Shown one piece after another: positions 18,649 to 28,175 of a stretch of DNA of 64,000 nucleotides (its first letter is position 1; each line of letters begins with the position of its first letter). The translations under genes were made by a program, and so were the position numbers. The stretch is from the NCBI GenBank assembly GCA_046597065.1, contig JBKJLI010000003.1, forward strand, positions 148,436 to 212,435. Reading direction: 5' to 3'. The notes below the pieces were generated by a model, which saw only the letters and a program-made list of their open reading frames with translations, was not told the DNA's origin and did no database searches. This stretch comes from Candidatus Saccharimonadia bacterium. Its GTDB lineage: Bacteria; Patescibacteriota; Saccharimonadia; UBA4664; SCTI01.

Positions 18649-20109
18649 ATGATGCGGCGTTTAACAGCTAAAGGCTTCACGCTAATAGAGGTGGTTATTG
18701 TAATGGCCATCGCTACGTTGTTGGCCGCTAGCTACATTGCCGGACAGGGCGCGTTACAGCAGTCAACCTCGTTTACTGGATCGATGGATCAGTTACGCAA
18801 TCAGTTAACCGGCATCCAGAATGAGGCCAGCCAGGTGGTGTCTAGTGGGGATGCCTCACATGGTAGTGTCGGCAAGTCCAATCAGGTTGTATTTGGAAAG
18901 CTTGTTGAGTTTTCGACCGCTAATCCAGACAAAATGCATGTTTATACACTAATTGGCGACTCGACCGATTTAACTGGCAGCCAGTTGTTAGCTTGCGACA
19001 ATGGCACGGTCGCACTAAAAAACGGCCTGCGCTACACCGATACTAGCAACAAGGCAGTAATTTTTCAGGGCAAGCCCAATCATATGTATACGGCCCCGAC
19101 TGGGTATGACTTAACCAATGTACCGACTGGGCTAAGCCCGCTCCCTGGCGGTTCCTGCAACGGCATCCTAGCGATGTATAGTGCTGGCGACGGCGACGGC
19201 GACGGCGACGGCGGAGGCGGCGGTGGTGGCGGAGGCGGCGGTGGTGGCGCTCCTATCGCAACCTGTGGTGGAGATACATCGTTTCACGTTGGGGTGCCTT
19301 CAGCCGAGCAGGCCGATACTTGCTACAAAAATACTCCTACCGAGGGTCTTATCGGTAAGTATTACACCAACGCCACCTTTAATGGCAGCCCAAAAACTAC
19401 CATCATTCAGTCAAATATCACAATCAGCGGGATAGGTGACCCAAGCTTTTTACCTACACTTCATTCGCTTGCTAAAAATCCGGCCGCAAATGTTTCGGTG
19501 AGCTGGGAGGGTGAGATTAGGGTAAACCCTTATGGCTATCAACTTTGCACCGAATCTGATGATGGAACAACCTTAACTGTGGGGGGTACGGTAATAACAA
19601 CTGATCGCGCAACTGCATCTCACCCCGCTACCGTTGCGTGTGGCACCACTTCGGCGATGGCCACTTTAAACACTTGGCAGTCTATCAAAATTGAATATGC
19701 TAATCTTGCCTGGAATGGTGGAGAGGCTGACGCTAAATTCAAACTATTCTGGAAAAATAATGGCAATCCTTTCCCGGTGTCCTTCTCGGATCTTAGAACT
19801 ATCGAAACAAAACCGGTCACTTACGTTGTTGCATTAAAGCAGAACGGATGGCAGCGCTTGAACTCGGTTGTCCAGAATATACTATCGCACCCGCTAGCGG
19901 CCATCAGCCAGTTCTTTAGCCCGGCGGCCGTAGCTAATGTTGGTTTTCTCGGGTGCGGATCAAGCTGTTTACTTGACCCCAACAACTATTACCCAAGTAA
20001 TAGTACTTATACCGCGGACCTTGAAGTCAAGTTTGATGACCAAGGTAGTCATACTGGCAGTATCAAGTTTTTACCATCCACCAACACCATTACCCGGATC
20101 TCTAACTAA
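18649..20109 (+). CDS. minor pilin with PA14-like domain and Gly/Asp low-complexity linker (putative pilus tip adhesin)
   Basis: Prepilin N-terminus MMRRLTAKGFTLIEVVIVMAIATLL. Linker GDGDGDGDGGGGGGGGGGGG. Downstream block GLIGKYYTNATFNG...VSWEGEIRVNPYGYQLCTESDDGTTLTVGGTVI...FKLFWKNNG resembles the PA14 signature. Confidence 0.7.
   Translation: MMRRLTAKGFTLIEVVIVMAIATLLAASYIAGQGALQQSTSFTGSMDQLRNQLTGIQNEASQVVSSGDASHGSVGKSNQVVFGKLVEFSTANPDKMHVYTLIGDSTDLTGSQLLACDNGTVALKNGLRYTDTSNKAVIFQGKPNHMYTAPTGYDLTNVPTGLSPLPGGSCNGILAMYSAGDGDGDGDGGGGGGGGGGGGGAPIATCGGDTSFHVGVPSAEQADTCYKNTPTEGLIGKYYTNATFNGSPKTTIIQSNITISGIGDPSFLPTLHSLAKNPAANVSVSWEGEIRVNPYGYQLCTESDDGTTLTVGGTVITTDRATASHPATVACGTTSAMATLNTWQSIKIEYANLAWNGGEADAKFKLFWKNNGNPFPVSFSDLRTIETKPVTYVVALKQNGWQRLNSVVQNILSHPLAAISQFFSPAAVANVGFLGCGSSCLLDPNNYYPSNSTYTADLEVKFDDQGSHTGSIKFLPSTNTITRISN
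19183..19257 (+). repeat. simple-sequence tract (GGCGAC)4 followed by a (GGN)~14 run inside the minor pilin gene
   Basis: ggcgacggcgacggcgacggcgacggcggaggcggcggtggtggcggaggcggcggtggtggc, read directly. Confidence 0.8.
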
Positions 20110-20654
20110 TGCGGCACTTGCGCCGGCAGAGTGGTGACACCTTGGTAGAGGTGGTAATGGCTGCCGCAATTCTGTCAGTGGTAATGGCCACTTCTTTTAA
20201 CATTGCAAACCTGTCATTTCGGTTGGGGGTACAAGCCCGAGAGCGCAGCGAGGCGGTGCGCTTGGTGCAAGAACAGGCCGAACGCTTGCATCTATACCGC
20301 GACAACTTGGCAAAGACTTATGCGGATGTACCTACTACAAAGATCTTCACTAACGCCTTTTTTGCTAACTGTGCGACCGAATGCTGGTTCGACCCCAATA
20401 CAGCAGTCAACGCCGCCACACCTCCTACGGATTGCAGCGCTCCGGGAGCCTGTAAGCAGGATCGCTACCATGTCGGGATTAAATTGGCAGGTCCTTTAAC
20501 CGGTGCAGATTCGATACAACCCATCATTAACGTTAGCTGGCAGAGCATTCTGGGTGGCGTGGCTAACAACAGCCAAGTCAAGCTTTTCTTAGTCGACAAC
20601 CGTGCGATCCAACCACGTGATTGTAGCGTCGCGGGGCAGGCCGAATGTCAGTAA
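20109..20654 (+). CDS. minor pilin / pseudopilin
   Basis: 181 aa. N-terminus ...RQSGDTLVEVVMAAAILSVVMATSF is prepilin-like with Glu+5. Overlaps the preceding stop. Confidence 0.6.
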   Translation: MRHLRRQSGDTLVEVVMAAAILSVVMATSFNIANLSFRLGVQARERSEAVRLVQEQAERLHLYRDNLAKTYADVPTTKIFTNAFFANCATECWFDPNTAVNAATPPTDCSAPGACKQDRYHVGIKLAGPLTGADSIQPIINVSWQSILGGVANNSQVKLFLVDNRAIQPRDCSVAGQAECQ

Positions 20655-21370
20655 TTAGCTCAAACCAGCGTGGCTTCACGTTTGTAGAGCTAATTATTGC
20701 CATGGCGATCTTTAGCTTTATCCTGGTAATTATTACTAGTGGCATAATTCGGTTATTTAACATCTATCAGTCTGGTATTGGCATTCGCGCCACTCAGCAG
20801 AATGCCCGCAGCATTGCCGACGAAATAAGCAATCGGGCTCGTAGCTCGGTAGGATACACCTTCAACCAGGCAACCAGTACAGTGGTTGGGGCTTCAGGAA
20901 ATGTTAATCTTCATCAAGACAGGCTTTGTTTTTTCGATAGTAGTACAGAAGTCTTTAACCCAATAACCGGCATTAAAGATCTAAAAGTGACCGGTGAGAT
21001 GCTTTACACCGTACAGAATCCAGGGGGGTTGGGGGACAAGGTCTTTGAGTTGCATCGCGCTAGAATCAAACCGGCAATTATTACAGTCGGTAACTGCCCA
21101 GCACCCGGTGGCGCCTTAACTACAGATGACCAACTGTTGTCTACGGCGGATGTGTCGATTGCAAGTTTTGGTATAAACCGAGGCTCCGCCGCAAGTAATC
21201 CCCAAATTGTTGATTTTGACTTAGCGGTTGCCGCTCGTACTGCATTAGACGTACTGTCAATTGAGTATAGTGAGGGCGACGCACTGGGTTGTCACGGTAC
21301 CGATAGCGGGAATCAGTATTGCTCGGTTACACACATCCACTCATCGGCTGCCCTAAGGGAGACGCCATGA
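20645..21370 (+). CDS. minor pilin / pseudopilin
   Basis: 241 aa, MSVISSNQRGFTFVELIIAMAIFSFILVII with the G|FTFVE class III signal. Confidence 0.7.
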   Translation: MSVISSNQRGFTFVELIIAMAIFSFILVIITSGIIRLFNIYQSGIGIRATQQNARSIADEISNRARSSVGYTFNQATSTVVGASGNVNLHQDRLCFFDSSTEVFNPITGIKDLKVTGEMLYTVQNPGGLGDKVFELHRARIKPAIITVGNCPAPGGALTTDDQLLSTADVSIASFGINRGSAASNPQIVDFDLAVAARTALDVLSIEYSEGDALGCHGTDSGNQYCSVTHIHSSAALRETP

Positions 21371-22413
21371 TGATGACTAGACCCGCTAATAACCAGGGAG
21401 GAGCGGTATCATTAATTGCGGTTACTCTGACTTCGCTGCTGACCTTAATAATCACCATAGCCTTAGTAGGAATGATGCTGGGGGAGCTTCGCCAATCAAT
21501 TGATGCTGAAAATGGAGTTAAAGCCTACTACGCGGCCGAGTCTGGGGCGGAGGAGGCTATTTACGGGATTAAGGATCAGCTAGCTCATAACGTTACTATT
21601 GGAGACCTAAACCAGGAGTGTGATAACGTTATTTCCAACGGTGGGCCCAGTTACCAGTACTTTAACTCGACGCAAAGTGGCATTAATGATACCGCGTCGG
21701 GCGTGCAAATTACCTGTCGAGCAATTCATACCAATGGCTCTCCTGTTGGTATTCTGAATAAGGACGAGCCAACCAGTTTTGACCTTTTTGGGCATAACGT
21801 CGCGAGCATCCAGGTGAATTGGGACACAAATGATCCCGCGGCGGGGGGTACTATTCCAGATCTCGCTTTTACATTGGCAGCCTATCCAACCGGCAATGTG
21901 GCTGCAGTTGATAGCGTTCCAACCAAGTCGATACTATTACAGCCCTGTTCGCCAGCATCTGGCACTTGTGTCAATCGTACCTCGTCGCCGTACCTATTTT
22001 CACTACCGGGTTATGCCGTTGCAACTTACTGCAACACTGGATCAGCGCCATCGGCTACCAGTTATCGTTGTCATGCTGAGATAAAAAATATTTCCGGCAT
22101 AGGTAACTTGGTTGTACCGGGTAATTTTGCTGTACTTCGTCTTCGCCCTCAAGACTTTGGGGCCAGTTACAGCTTAAAGATAATTGATGACAGCAACAAT
22201 AGCGTTAATGTCCGGCTGCAGCAGGCCACCGTCGACGTCACGGCCAAGGTAGGCGATAGCTTTAGGCGGATTCGCCAACAGATTGATGTGCGCTCAGGAG
22301 TCTACGCTGGCTTAGATGTGATATCGTCTCAGACCGATGTGTGCAAAGACTTTGACTACAACTTCTCGCCATCATATGAGAGTGTTACTAAAAAGAACTG
22401 TGCGCTGCAATAA
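21319..22413 (+). CDS. PilX-like minor pilin (N-terminal hydrophobic segment)
   Basis: Probable true start at the ATGATGATG around 21367 (MMMTRPANNQGGAVSLIAVTLTSLLTLIITIALVGMML). Last gene of the pilus block. Confidence 0.55.
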   Translation: MLGYTHPLIGCPKGDAMMMTRPANNQGGAVSLIAVTLTSLLTLIITIALVGMMLGELRQSIDAENGVKAYYAAESGAEEAIYGIKDQLAHNVTIGDLNQECDNVISNGGPSYQYFNSTQSGINDTASGVQITCRAIHTNGSPVGILNKDEPTSFDLFGHNVASIQVNWDTNDPAAGGTIPDLAFTLAAYPTGNVAAVDSVPTKSILLQPCSPASGTCVNRTSSPYLFSLPGYAVATYCNTGSAPSATSYRCHAEIKNISGIGNLVVPGNFAVLRLRPQDFGASYSLKIIDDSNNSVNVRLQQATVDVTAKVGDSFRRIRQQIDVRSGVYAGLDVISSQTDVCKDFDYNFSPSYESVTKKNCALQ

Positions 22414-22451
22414 CCCTTGGTCAACCACACTTATTAAACTTTAACGAAATC

Positions 22452-23414
22452 TTAGCTCTTTTTACGGTGAAAGCGTTCGTGAACCTTTCGTAACTGAGGG
22501 TCGGTTAAATGGGTGTATATTTGCGTGGTCGAAACGTTAGCGTGCCCCAATAGGCTTTGAACACTGCGCAAATCGGCACCGTTGCTTAATAAATCGGTTG
22601 CAAAGCTGTGGCGCAAAGTATGTGGCGTAACGCGTTTGGTAATTCCGGCTAGGCGAGCGTAGCGCTGCACCAGCCGCTGCACACTACGAGCGGTAAGGCG
22701 GGTGTAGGCGCCGTCATCCAGCCCATCCTTGCTGCCGGAATAATGTACAAACAGAGGTTTAAAGTTGTCTGGCCGACTTTTAATATACTGATCTAACCAA
22801 TTGGCGGCTTCTGGTGAAATGAAAATCAGCCGGTCTTTTTGGCCCTTACCTCGAATACTGAACTCGCGCCGCTCTAAATTTATATGATCACGATTCAAGC
22901 TAACCAGTTCACTTACTCTAAGCCCGCCGCTAAAAAGTAGCTCAATGATGGCGCGGTCGCGCAGCCCCACCGGATGACTAACATCCATAGCCACCAGTAA
23001 TCGCTCTACTTCGGATGGGTCTAAAAAGGTCACTTGTGGCCGAGTAACGCTGGCCAGCTCTACCTTGTCACTAGGCATGGCCTCGATATCGCGTTTTGCC
23101 AGGTACTTTAAAAAACTGCGCAGAGCAATTAAGTGGTAGTTTTGAGTGGTTTTACTGATAGACTGGCCACTTTTATCGGTTAGTCGGTTTAGCCACAGCC
23201 GCCATTTGCGCAATGTTTCGGGATCAAACTTGGCTATGGGAATGTCTCCGGCAAACTCCACCAGTCGGCGTAAGTAGTGATCGTAGTTGGCGATGGTTTT
23301 TTGCGAGCGGTTTTGTTCGATTTCTAAGTGCTCTAAAAAATCAGTGATAAGTTCGGAAAGTTTTGATGTTGTGGAGGCCATATCAATATTGTACGACATA
23401 AGCGCAATCGGCAA
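22452..23414 (-). CDS. tyrosine recombinase XerC/XerD family
   Basis: C-terminal catalytic region HTLRHSFATDLLSNGADLRSVQSLLGHANVSTTQIYTH (R...HxxR...Y). N-terminal SAM-like core-binding domain. Real start probably a few codons inside. Confidence 0.85.
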   Translation of the reverse strand: MPIALMSYNIDMASTTSKLSELITDFLEHLEIEQNRSQKTIANYDHYLRRLVEFAGDIPIAKFDPETLRKWRLWLNRLTDKSGQSISKTTQNYHLIALRSFLKYLAKRDIEAMPSDKVELASVTRPQVTFLDPSEVERLLVAMDVSHPVGLRDRAIIELLFSGGLRVSELVSLNRDHINLERREFSIRGKGQKDRLIFISPEAANWLDQYIKSRPDNFKPLFVHYSGSKDGLDDGAYTRLTARSVQRLVQRYARLAGITKRVTPHTLRHSFATDLLSNGADLRSVQSLLGHANVSTTQIYTHLTDPQLRKVHERFHRKKS

Positions 23415-23450
23415 TCGGTTGATGTATTTGGCCAGGCTAATAAAAATAAA

Positions 23451-23476
23451 AACAACCGCCTAAACGGTTGTTTTTT
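23451..23476. terminator. orphan bidirectional terminator-like hairpin
   Basis: aacaaccg-cctaaa-cggttgtt hairpin flanked by an A-run (aaaaataaaa) and tttttt. It sits between the starts of two divergent genes, so it terminates neither. Confidence 0.45.
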
Positions 23477-23484
23477 CCAGATTG

Positions 23485-23526
23485 ATACCCTGGGTGCTCG
23501 GGGTTCAAATCCCCGCGCTTCCACCA
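23485..23526 (+). other. tRNA/tmRNA-like 3' fragment (T-arm + acceptor 3' strand + CCA) with no 5' half
   Basis: cggggTTCAAATccccg T-arm, then cgcttcc-A-CCA. No complementary ggaagcg 5' acceptor strand upstream. A T at the position-70 equivalent would imply G3:U70. Confidence 0.5.
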
Positions 23527-23561
23527 AGTGCATTGGTGCACAAAATGCTACAATTTAAAGC

Positions 23562-25424
23562 ATGAGACCACTGGTGATTGTGGGGGGAGTATTAATTGGG
23601 CTAATGCCTTGGGCATATGGTGGCCGTAACGCTACCTGGATGTTGGTGGCTGCCGCAACGCTGGCTCTAAGTGCCTGGCTATTATTGCGGCAAAAAAAGC
23701 CGGTAGCTATTGCCACGCTTCCGTTGGCAGCCGCTGCCACCGCTTGGATCGGTTGGGGTGCACTGTCACTGCTGTGGAGCGTTAATCAGTATCAATCCTA
23801 CATTTGGCTACTTTATGCGCTTCTGGCAGTTGCCGCCTTTGTTGTAACCGCCAACTTTGATCGTGACCAAAAGCGTTTGTTGATTACCGGATACGTATTA
23901 ACGGCTGCAGGCACCGCCTTAATTGGCTTGGTTTTTTACTTAACCGGCGATTACGAACGCTTAACTGCAACCTTTTACTGGGCCAATCCCGCCGCTGCCT
24001 ATCTGTTGCCAGCCATTTTTATCGCCGCCGCAAAATCCCTTACGCCCAATACCAAGTTACAGCCCAGCCGCCGCTTGCAGGCAACAGTTATCACGGTACT
24101 CCTGTTAGTGGCTTTTTGGCTGACCGATTCAAGAGGTGCGGCTTTGGTAATGTTATTGGTAGGGGTGCCGGGCTTAGCCGTTTCGCCGTTGCGCAAGCAC
24201 TGGCGCCGCATGGCCCTAATTCTCATCGGCAGTTTTACCCTGGCCTGGGGCGTTGCCGCCGTAAAGCCGCTTATTCATTCAAGCGGATATGTGCTTGCAC
24301 CCGGCTCGCGTTACGCTGCCGCTAAAGGAGAATCAAGCAGCTTGCACCAACGGGTTGATTATTTAACCAGCGCCGCCAGCGCCTGGTGGGATCGGCCGCT
24401 ACTTGGTAGTGGAGCCGGCACTTTTGGTACCATTCATCCGCAGTATCAACAAAAGGTGGTAAGTGCGACCAACGACGCCCACAACATCTATTTGCAGACA
24501 CTGTCCGAGCAGGGGATAGTTGGGGCAGTATTGCTAGCATGGCTGCTAATTCTAGTGGTGGCCGGTTTAGCTCGTGGCTTGCGTCATGATTCAACCAAAC
24601 TAACCTGGGCGCTAGGAGCGTTAGCCCTGATTTTGCATTTTGGTCTAGATATTGACGCTCGATATCTAGCACTATTACTGCTTTTGGCAGTACTGCTTGG
24701 CTCGGTATATAAGCCTATGCGCCAGGTTGAACCTAATCCTCGCCGCCGGTTTGCTCTGCCACTAGTACTAGTTATAGCTACTGGCTTGGCGCTAGCCAAC
24801 TACCTGAGTAACTTGCAACAGGCAAAGGGCGAAATCTATAACAGCCAGCACGATTTACCGGCTGCCGCCGCCGCCTATAAGCAGGCACATAGCTATTGGG
24901 TGGCCGATCCTGATACTTATACGGCCGAGGGCATCGATTACTTTGTTTTGGCCAGCTTTACCGGTGGCTCTAAGCAGTTTCAAGATCAGGCTCTTGATCG
25001 CGCCAATAACGCGATTAAACTCGATCCAAACGATGCTCAGCATTACTTTTTGCGCGGACGTATTAAGCGGCTGGCTGGCGATCTACCGGCCGCCCAATCT
25101 GACATCGAAAAAGCCTTGTCACTCGATCGCTTTAATCATGCCGACTATTACGCTGATTTAATCAGCATTCAATTGCAGAGATCTAACTTTGACGGCGCCG
25201 GGCGGACTGTTGATAGCGCCTTAAAGCTGTATACCGATGCGGTGATTGCCGATCGCAGCGCCGACAGTACTCTTAAGCCAGCTGTTGCCTCGATTCTATC
25301 AGTACGGGCTAGCCACCTTGAATCAATTGGGGATATTGTTGGCGCTAAACAGGTATTAGACCGCGCCATTTTGCTTGATCCAACCAATAGGGATGCCATG
25401 CGAGTAAAGGCCGCCTTAAACTAA
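23562..25424 (+). CDS. O-antigen ligase-like (Wzy_C) polytopic membrane protein with C-terminal TPR repeats
   Basis: ~12 TM helices. Wzy_C-like LTDSRGAALVMLL...GSGAGTFGTIHPQYQQ. C-terminal soluble TPR-like region. 620 aa. Confidence 0.65.
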   Translation: MRPLVIVGGVLIGLMPWAYGGRNATWMLVAAATLALSAWLLLRQKKPVAIATLPLAAAATAWIGWGALSLLWSVNQYQSYIWLLYALLAVAAFVVTANFDRDQKRLLITGYVLTAAGTALIGLVFYLTGDYERLTATFYWANPAAAYLLPAIFIAAAKSLTPNTKLQPSRRLQATVITVLLLVAFWLTDSRGAALVMLLVGVPGLAVSPLRKHWRRMALILIGSFTLAWGVAAVKPLIHSSGYVLAPGSRYAAAKGESSSLHQRVDYLTSAASAWWDRPLLGSGAGTFGTIHPQYQQKVVSATNDAHNIYLQTLSEQGIVGAVLLAWLLILVVAGLARGLRHDSTKLTWALGALALILHFGLDIDARYLALLLLLAVLLGSVYKPMRQVEPNPRRRFALPLVLVIATGLALANYLSNLQQAKGEIYNSQHDLPAAAAAYKQAHSYWVADPDTYTAEGIDYFVLASFTGGSKQFQDQALDRANNAIKLDPNDAQHYFLRGRIKRLAGDLPAAQSDIEKALSLDRFNHADYYADLISIQLQRSNFDGAGRTVDSALKLYTDAVIADRSADSTLKPAVASILSVRASHLESIGDIVGAKQVLDRAILLDPTNRDAMRVKAALN

Positions 25425-25462
25425 GTCCCAGCCGTATTACTAATTAAGGTATAATTTCTGAT

Positions 25463-26248
25463 ATGCAGTTTCTTCAAGCCATCATTCTCGGAATTACCCA
25501 GGGCTTAACCGAGTTCATCCCCGTTTCTAGTTCTGGCCACCTGATTCTAGTCGGTCACTTAATTAACTTTCAGTACAGCAGTTTGGGTTTCGATACCGCC
25601 CTAGATTTAGGCACACTGCTGGCGCTATTGATATTTTTTGGTCGCGAGTTCATTCAACTGGCAAAAGGCCTAGTTACCAATACCGACCAGTCTAAGCTGT
25701 CTTGGTTGATTGTTCTAGCCACGATTCCAGGTGTAGTAGCCGGCGTACTGATTCAACCGTTGGTTGAAACCAGCCTGCGCTCGGTTCAGCTTGTCGCCAT
25801 TAACCTAATTGTGGTGGCCTTTGTAATGCTAGCCGCCGATCACTTAGCTAAGCGTAACTTTGGCTTAAAAGATATTGGCATAGGCCGAGCACTGAGTATT
25901 GGAATTGCTCAAGCAGTAGCTCTAATCCCCGGTGTATCACGATCTGGCATTACTATCAGCGCCGGCATGCTTTCGGGTCTTGATGGCGTATCGGCTACCA
26001 AGTTTTCATTTCTACTTTCGGCGCCAATTATTGCCGGGGCAACCTTAAAAGTCATGGTTAAGCCGTCTAACTTTCAGGCTTTAACCGCCGAGCCCTTATT
26101 ATATGCCGTTGCGATTATATCGGCCTTTATTAGTGGTTACTGGGCCATCCGGTTTATGTTGCGTTACTTGAGCAAGCACGGTTTGGCGTTATTTGCCTAC
26201 TATCGCATTGTCGTCGGTATAATCATTTTAGCGATTGGTCTAAAGTAG
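25463..26248 (+). CDS. uppP: undecaprenyl-diphosphate phosphatase
   Basis: MQFLQAIILGITQGLTEFIPVSSSGHLIL, the canonical BacA/UppP N-terminus. 261 aa. Confidence 0.9.
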   Translation: MQFLQAIILGITQGLTEFIPVSSSGHLILVGHLINFQYSSLGFDTALDLGTLLALLIFFGREFIQLAKGLVTNTDQSKLSWLIVLATIPGVVAGVLIQPLVETSLRSVQLVAINLIVVAFVMLAADHLAKRNFGLKDIGIGRALSIGIAQAVALIPGVSRSGITISAGMLSGLDGVSATKFSFLLSAPIIAGATLKVMVKPSNFQALTAEPLLYAVAIISAFISGYWAIRFMLRYLSKHGLALFAYYRIVVGIIILAIGLK

Positions 26249-26859
26249 TGGCGCTATCGTTAACGCAGAGTGCGGTCAATCTAATTGATAGCGCCGGCTA
26301 CACCGGCCTAGCAATCGGGCTAATTATCGACTCGGCCGGCGTCCCGATACCATCCGAGGTGCTGATACCGCTGTCGGCCGTATCGGCCAAGCAGGGTAAC
26401 TTTAATATAGTGGCCGTTATTATCATCAGCATCGCCGCCCAAACTCTGGGGGCTCTAATTGCCTACCAGATTGGACGTCGCGGGGGAGTGCCGTTTATTC
26501 ATCGCTATGGTAAGTACTTGCTGCTGTCTCAGCACGACCTCGATGCCACCCATCGCCAGTTCGATAGGCACGGTCAACTGCTAGCCCTTGGGGGGCGCTG
26601 CATACCGGTGGTGCGCGGCTACATTGGTTTTGTGGCCGGTATCGCCGAAATGCCACTAAGGCGCTTTTTTGTGGCCTCGCTGATTGGCTCTACGGCCTGG
26701 ACACTCATTTTAACCACGGCTGGCTGGATTTTGGCCGATGACATCACCGTTATTGACCGCATTTTGCGACCGTTTTCGCTGGTTATCATCGTGGCCATTG
26801 TCACCGCCGCTTTCTGGTTTGTAATCGCTCGTCTAAAGTCTAACCGGAAAGTTAAATGA
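26248..26859 (+). CDS. DedA/SNARE-associated family membrane protein
   Basis: GVPIPSEVLIPLSAV motif region, ~200 aa polytopic. Confidence 0.7.
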   Translation: MALSLTQSAVNLIDSAGYTGLAIGLIIDSAGVPIPSEVLIPLSAVSAKQGNFNIVAVIIISIAAQTLGALIAYQIGRRGGVPFIHRYGKYLLLSQHDLDATHRQFDRHGQLLALGGRCIPVVRGYIGFVAGIAEMPLRRFFVASLIGSTAWTLILTTAGWILADDITVIDRILRPFSLVIIVAIVTAAFWFVIARLKSNRKVK

Positions 26860-28130
26860 AGCACCAAATCACCACTCTGCCCAATGGTCTGCGGATTGTT
26901 ACTCAAGAAATGCGCGAATCTTACAGTGCCAGCGTTTCGGTAGTGGTTGGGGTTGGCAGCCGCTACGAAGACGCCACCACCGAAGCCGGTATATCGCACT
27001 TTCTAGAACACCTTATGTTTAAGGGCACCAAGCAGCGCCCCAGCACCAAGGTTATTTCAGAGCAGGTTGATGCTGTCGGTGGCTACGCCAACGCCTACAC
27101 CAGCAACGAGTTAACCGACTACTACATTAAGGTGCCGTACCAACATGTTGAGTTAGCTGTTGATGTGCTTAGCGACATGCTGAGAAACTCTAAGCTTGAT
27201 GCCAAAGAGATTGATCGTGAACGGGGAGTGGTGCTAGAAGAAATGAACGTTTACCGCGACAATCCATCGAGCTACGTGCACAATCTACCACCGGAGTTGT
27301 TATGGCCGGGTCATGCCATTGCTCGCGACGTTATTGGCACCGAAGAAGTGATTAAAAAGGTTAACCGCGCCACCATTAATAGCTACTGGCAGCGCTACTA
27401 TCGCCCGTCTAACATGGTGCTGGCCGTGGCCGGCCGAGTTAAGCACGCCGCTGTAGTTAAGCTAGCCGAGCGCTATCTTGGCGACATGGTCGACGCCGAA
27501 ATCCCTACGCCTGACCCGGTGACCAAACTACTTTCCAAGCAAACCACCAAGGCTTTAATTAAAGATACGGCTCAAACCCACCTGATCATCGCCGCACCGG
27601 GGTACCAAGCGCTGCACCCAAATGGAGCCGCCGCCAAGCTACTAGCAACGATACTTGGACATGGTCTGAGTTCTAGGCTGTTCCTAAACGTTCGCGAACG
27701 CAAGGGCCTGGCCTACAGCGTTAATGCCAACCATAGCTCATTTACCGATACTGGTGAGTTTCAGGTTTATGCTGGTGTTAACCTGGCTAAAACCGTTGAT
27801 GCCATAGCTGCCATCATCGAAGAGCTGCAGCTAATAGTTACTAAGCCGGTTGGTGTCAGTGAGCTGTCTAAAGCCAAAAACCAGATTAGAGGTGCTTTGC
27901 AGATGTCTCAAGAAAGTAACTCGTCGGTAGCCGACCGCTTGGGATATCAACTGCTGCTTCAGGGCAAAATTCGTACCCTTAAAGCAGTGATGGCAGAAAT
28001 TGATGCCGTTACCCCCAAGCAAATCCAGGCCGTCGCCGCCGAAATGCTCGACCCGTCACGATTGCGCTTAGCCATCATTTCGCCAGCGCCAAAAAAAGCG
28101 GTGACGGCTTTTAACCGTTTGGTACAATAG
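26856..28130 (+). CDS. M16-family zinc peptidase (insulinase-like)
   Basis: HFLEHLMFKGT (HxxEH) near the N-terminus. 424 aa. Confidence 0.85.
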   Translation: MKHQITTLPNGLRIVTQEMRESYSASVSVVVGVGSRYEDATTEAGISHFLEHLMFKGTKQRPSTKVISEQVDAVGGYANAYTSNELTDYYIKVPYQHVELAVDVLSDMLRNSKLDAKEIDRERGVVLEEMNVYRDNPSSYVHNLPPELLWPGHAIARDVIGTEEVIKKVNRATINSYWQRYYRPSNMVLAVAGRVKHAAVVKLAERYLGDMVDAEIPTPDPVTKLLSKQTTKALIKDTAQTHLIIAAPGYQALHPNGAAAKLLATILGHGLSSRLFLNVRERKGLAYSVNANHSSFTDTGEFQVYAGVNLAKTVDAIAAIIEELQLIVTKPVGVSELSKAKNQIRGALQMSQESNSSVADRLGYQLLLQGKIRTLKAVMAEIDAVTPKQIQAVAAEMLDPSRLRLAIISPAPKKAVTAFNRLVQ

Positions 28131-28175
28131 TTCGGTATCACGCCCCGTAATTATTAAATTTTTGAGGATAACAAA

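Noticed and set aside
19183-19257. Possible CRISPR-like repeat
   Set aside because: It is a hexanucleotide/GGN microsatellite inside a coding sequence. It has no spacers and no repeat-spacer periodicity. No CRISPR array was seen anywhere in the window.
23180-23526. Complete tmRNA (ssrA) ending at the CCA at 23526
   Set aside because: A ~350-nt tmRNA would have to overlap the intact recombinase CDS. No 5' acceptor strand (ggaagcg) is present. Only a 3' fragment is supported.
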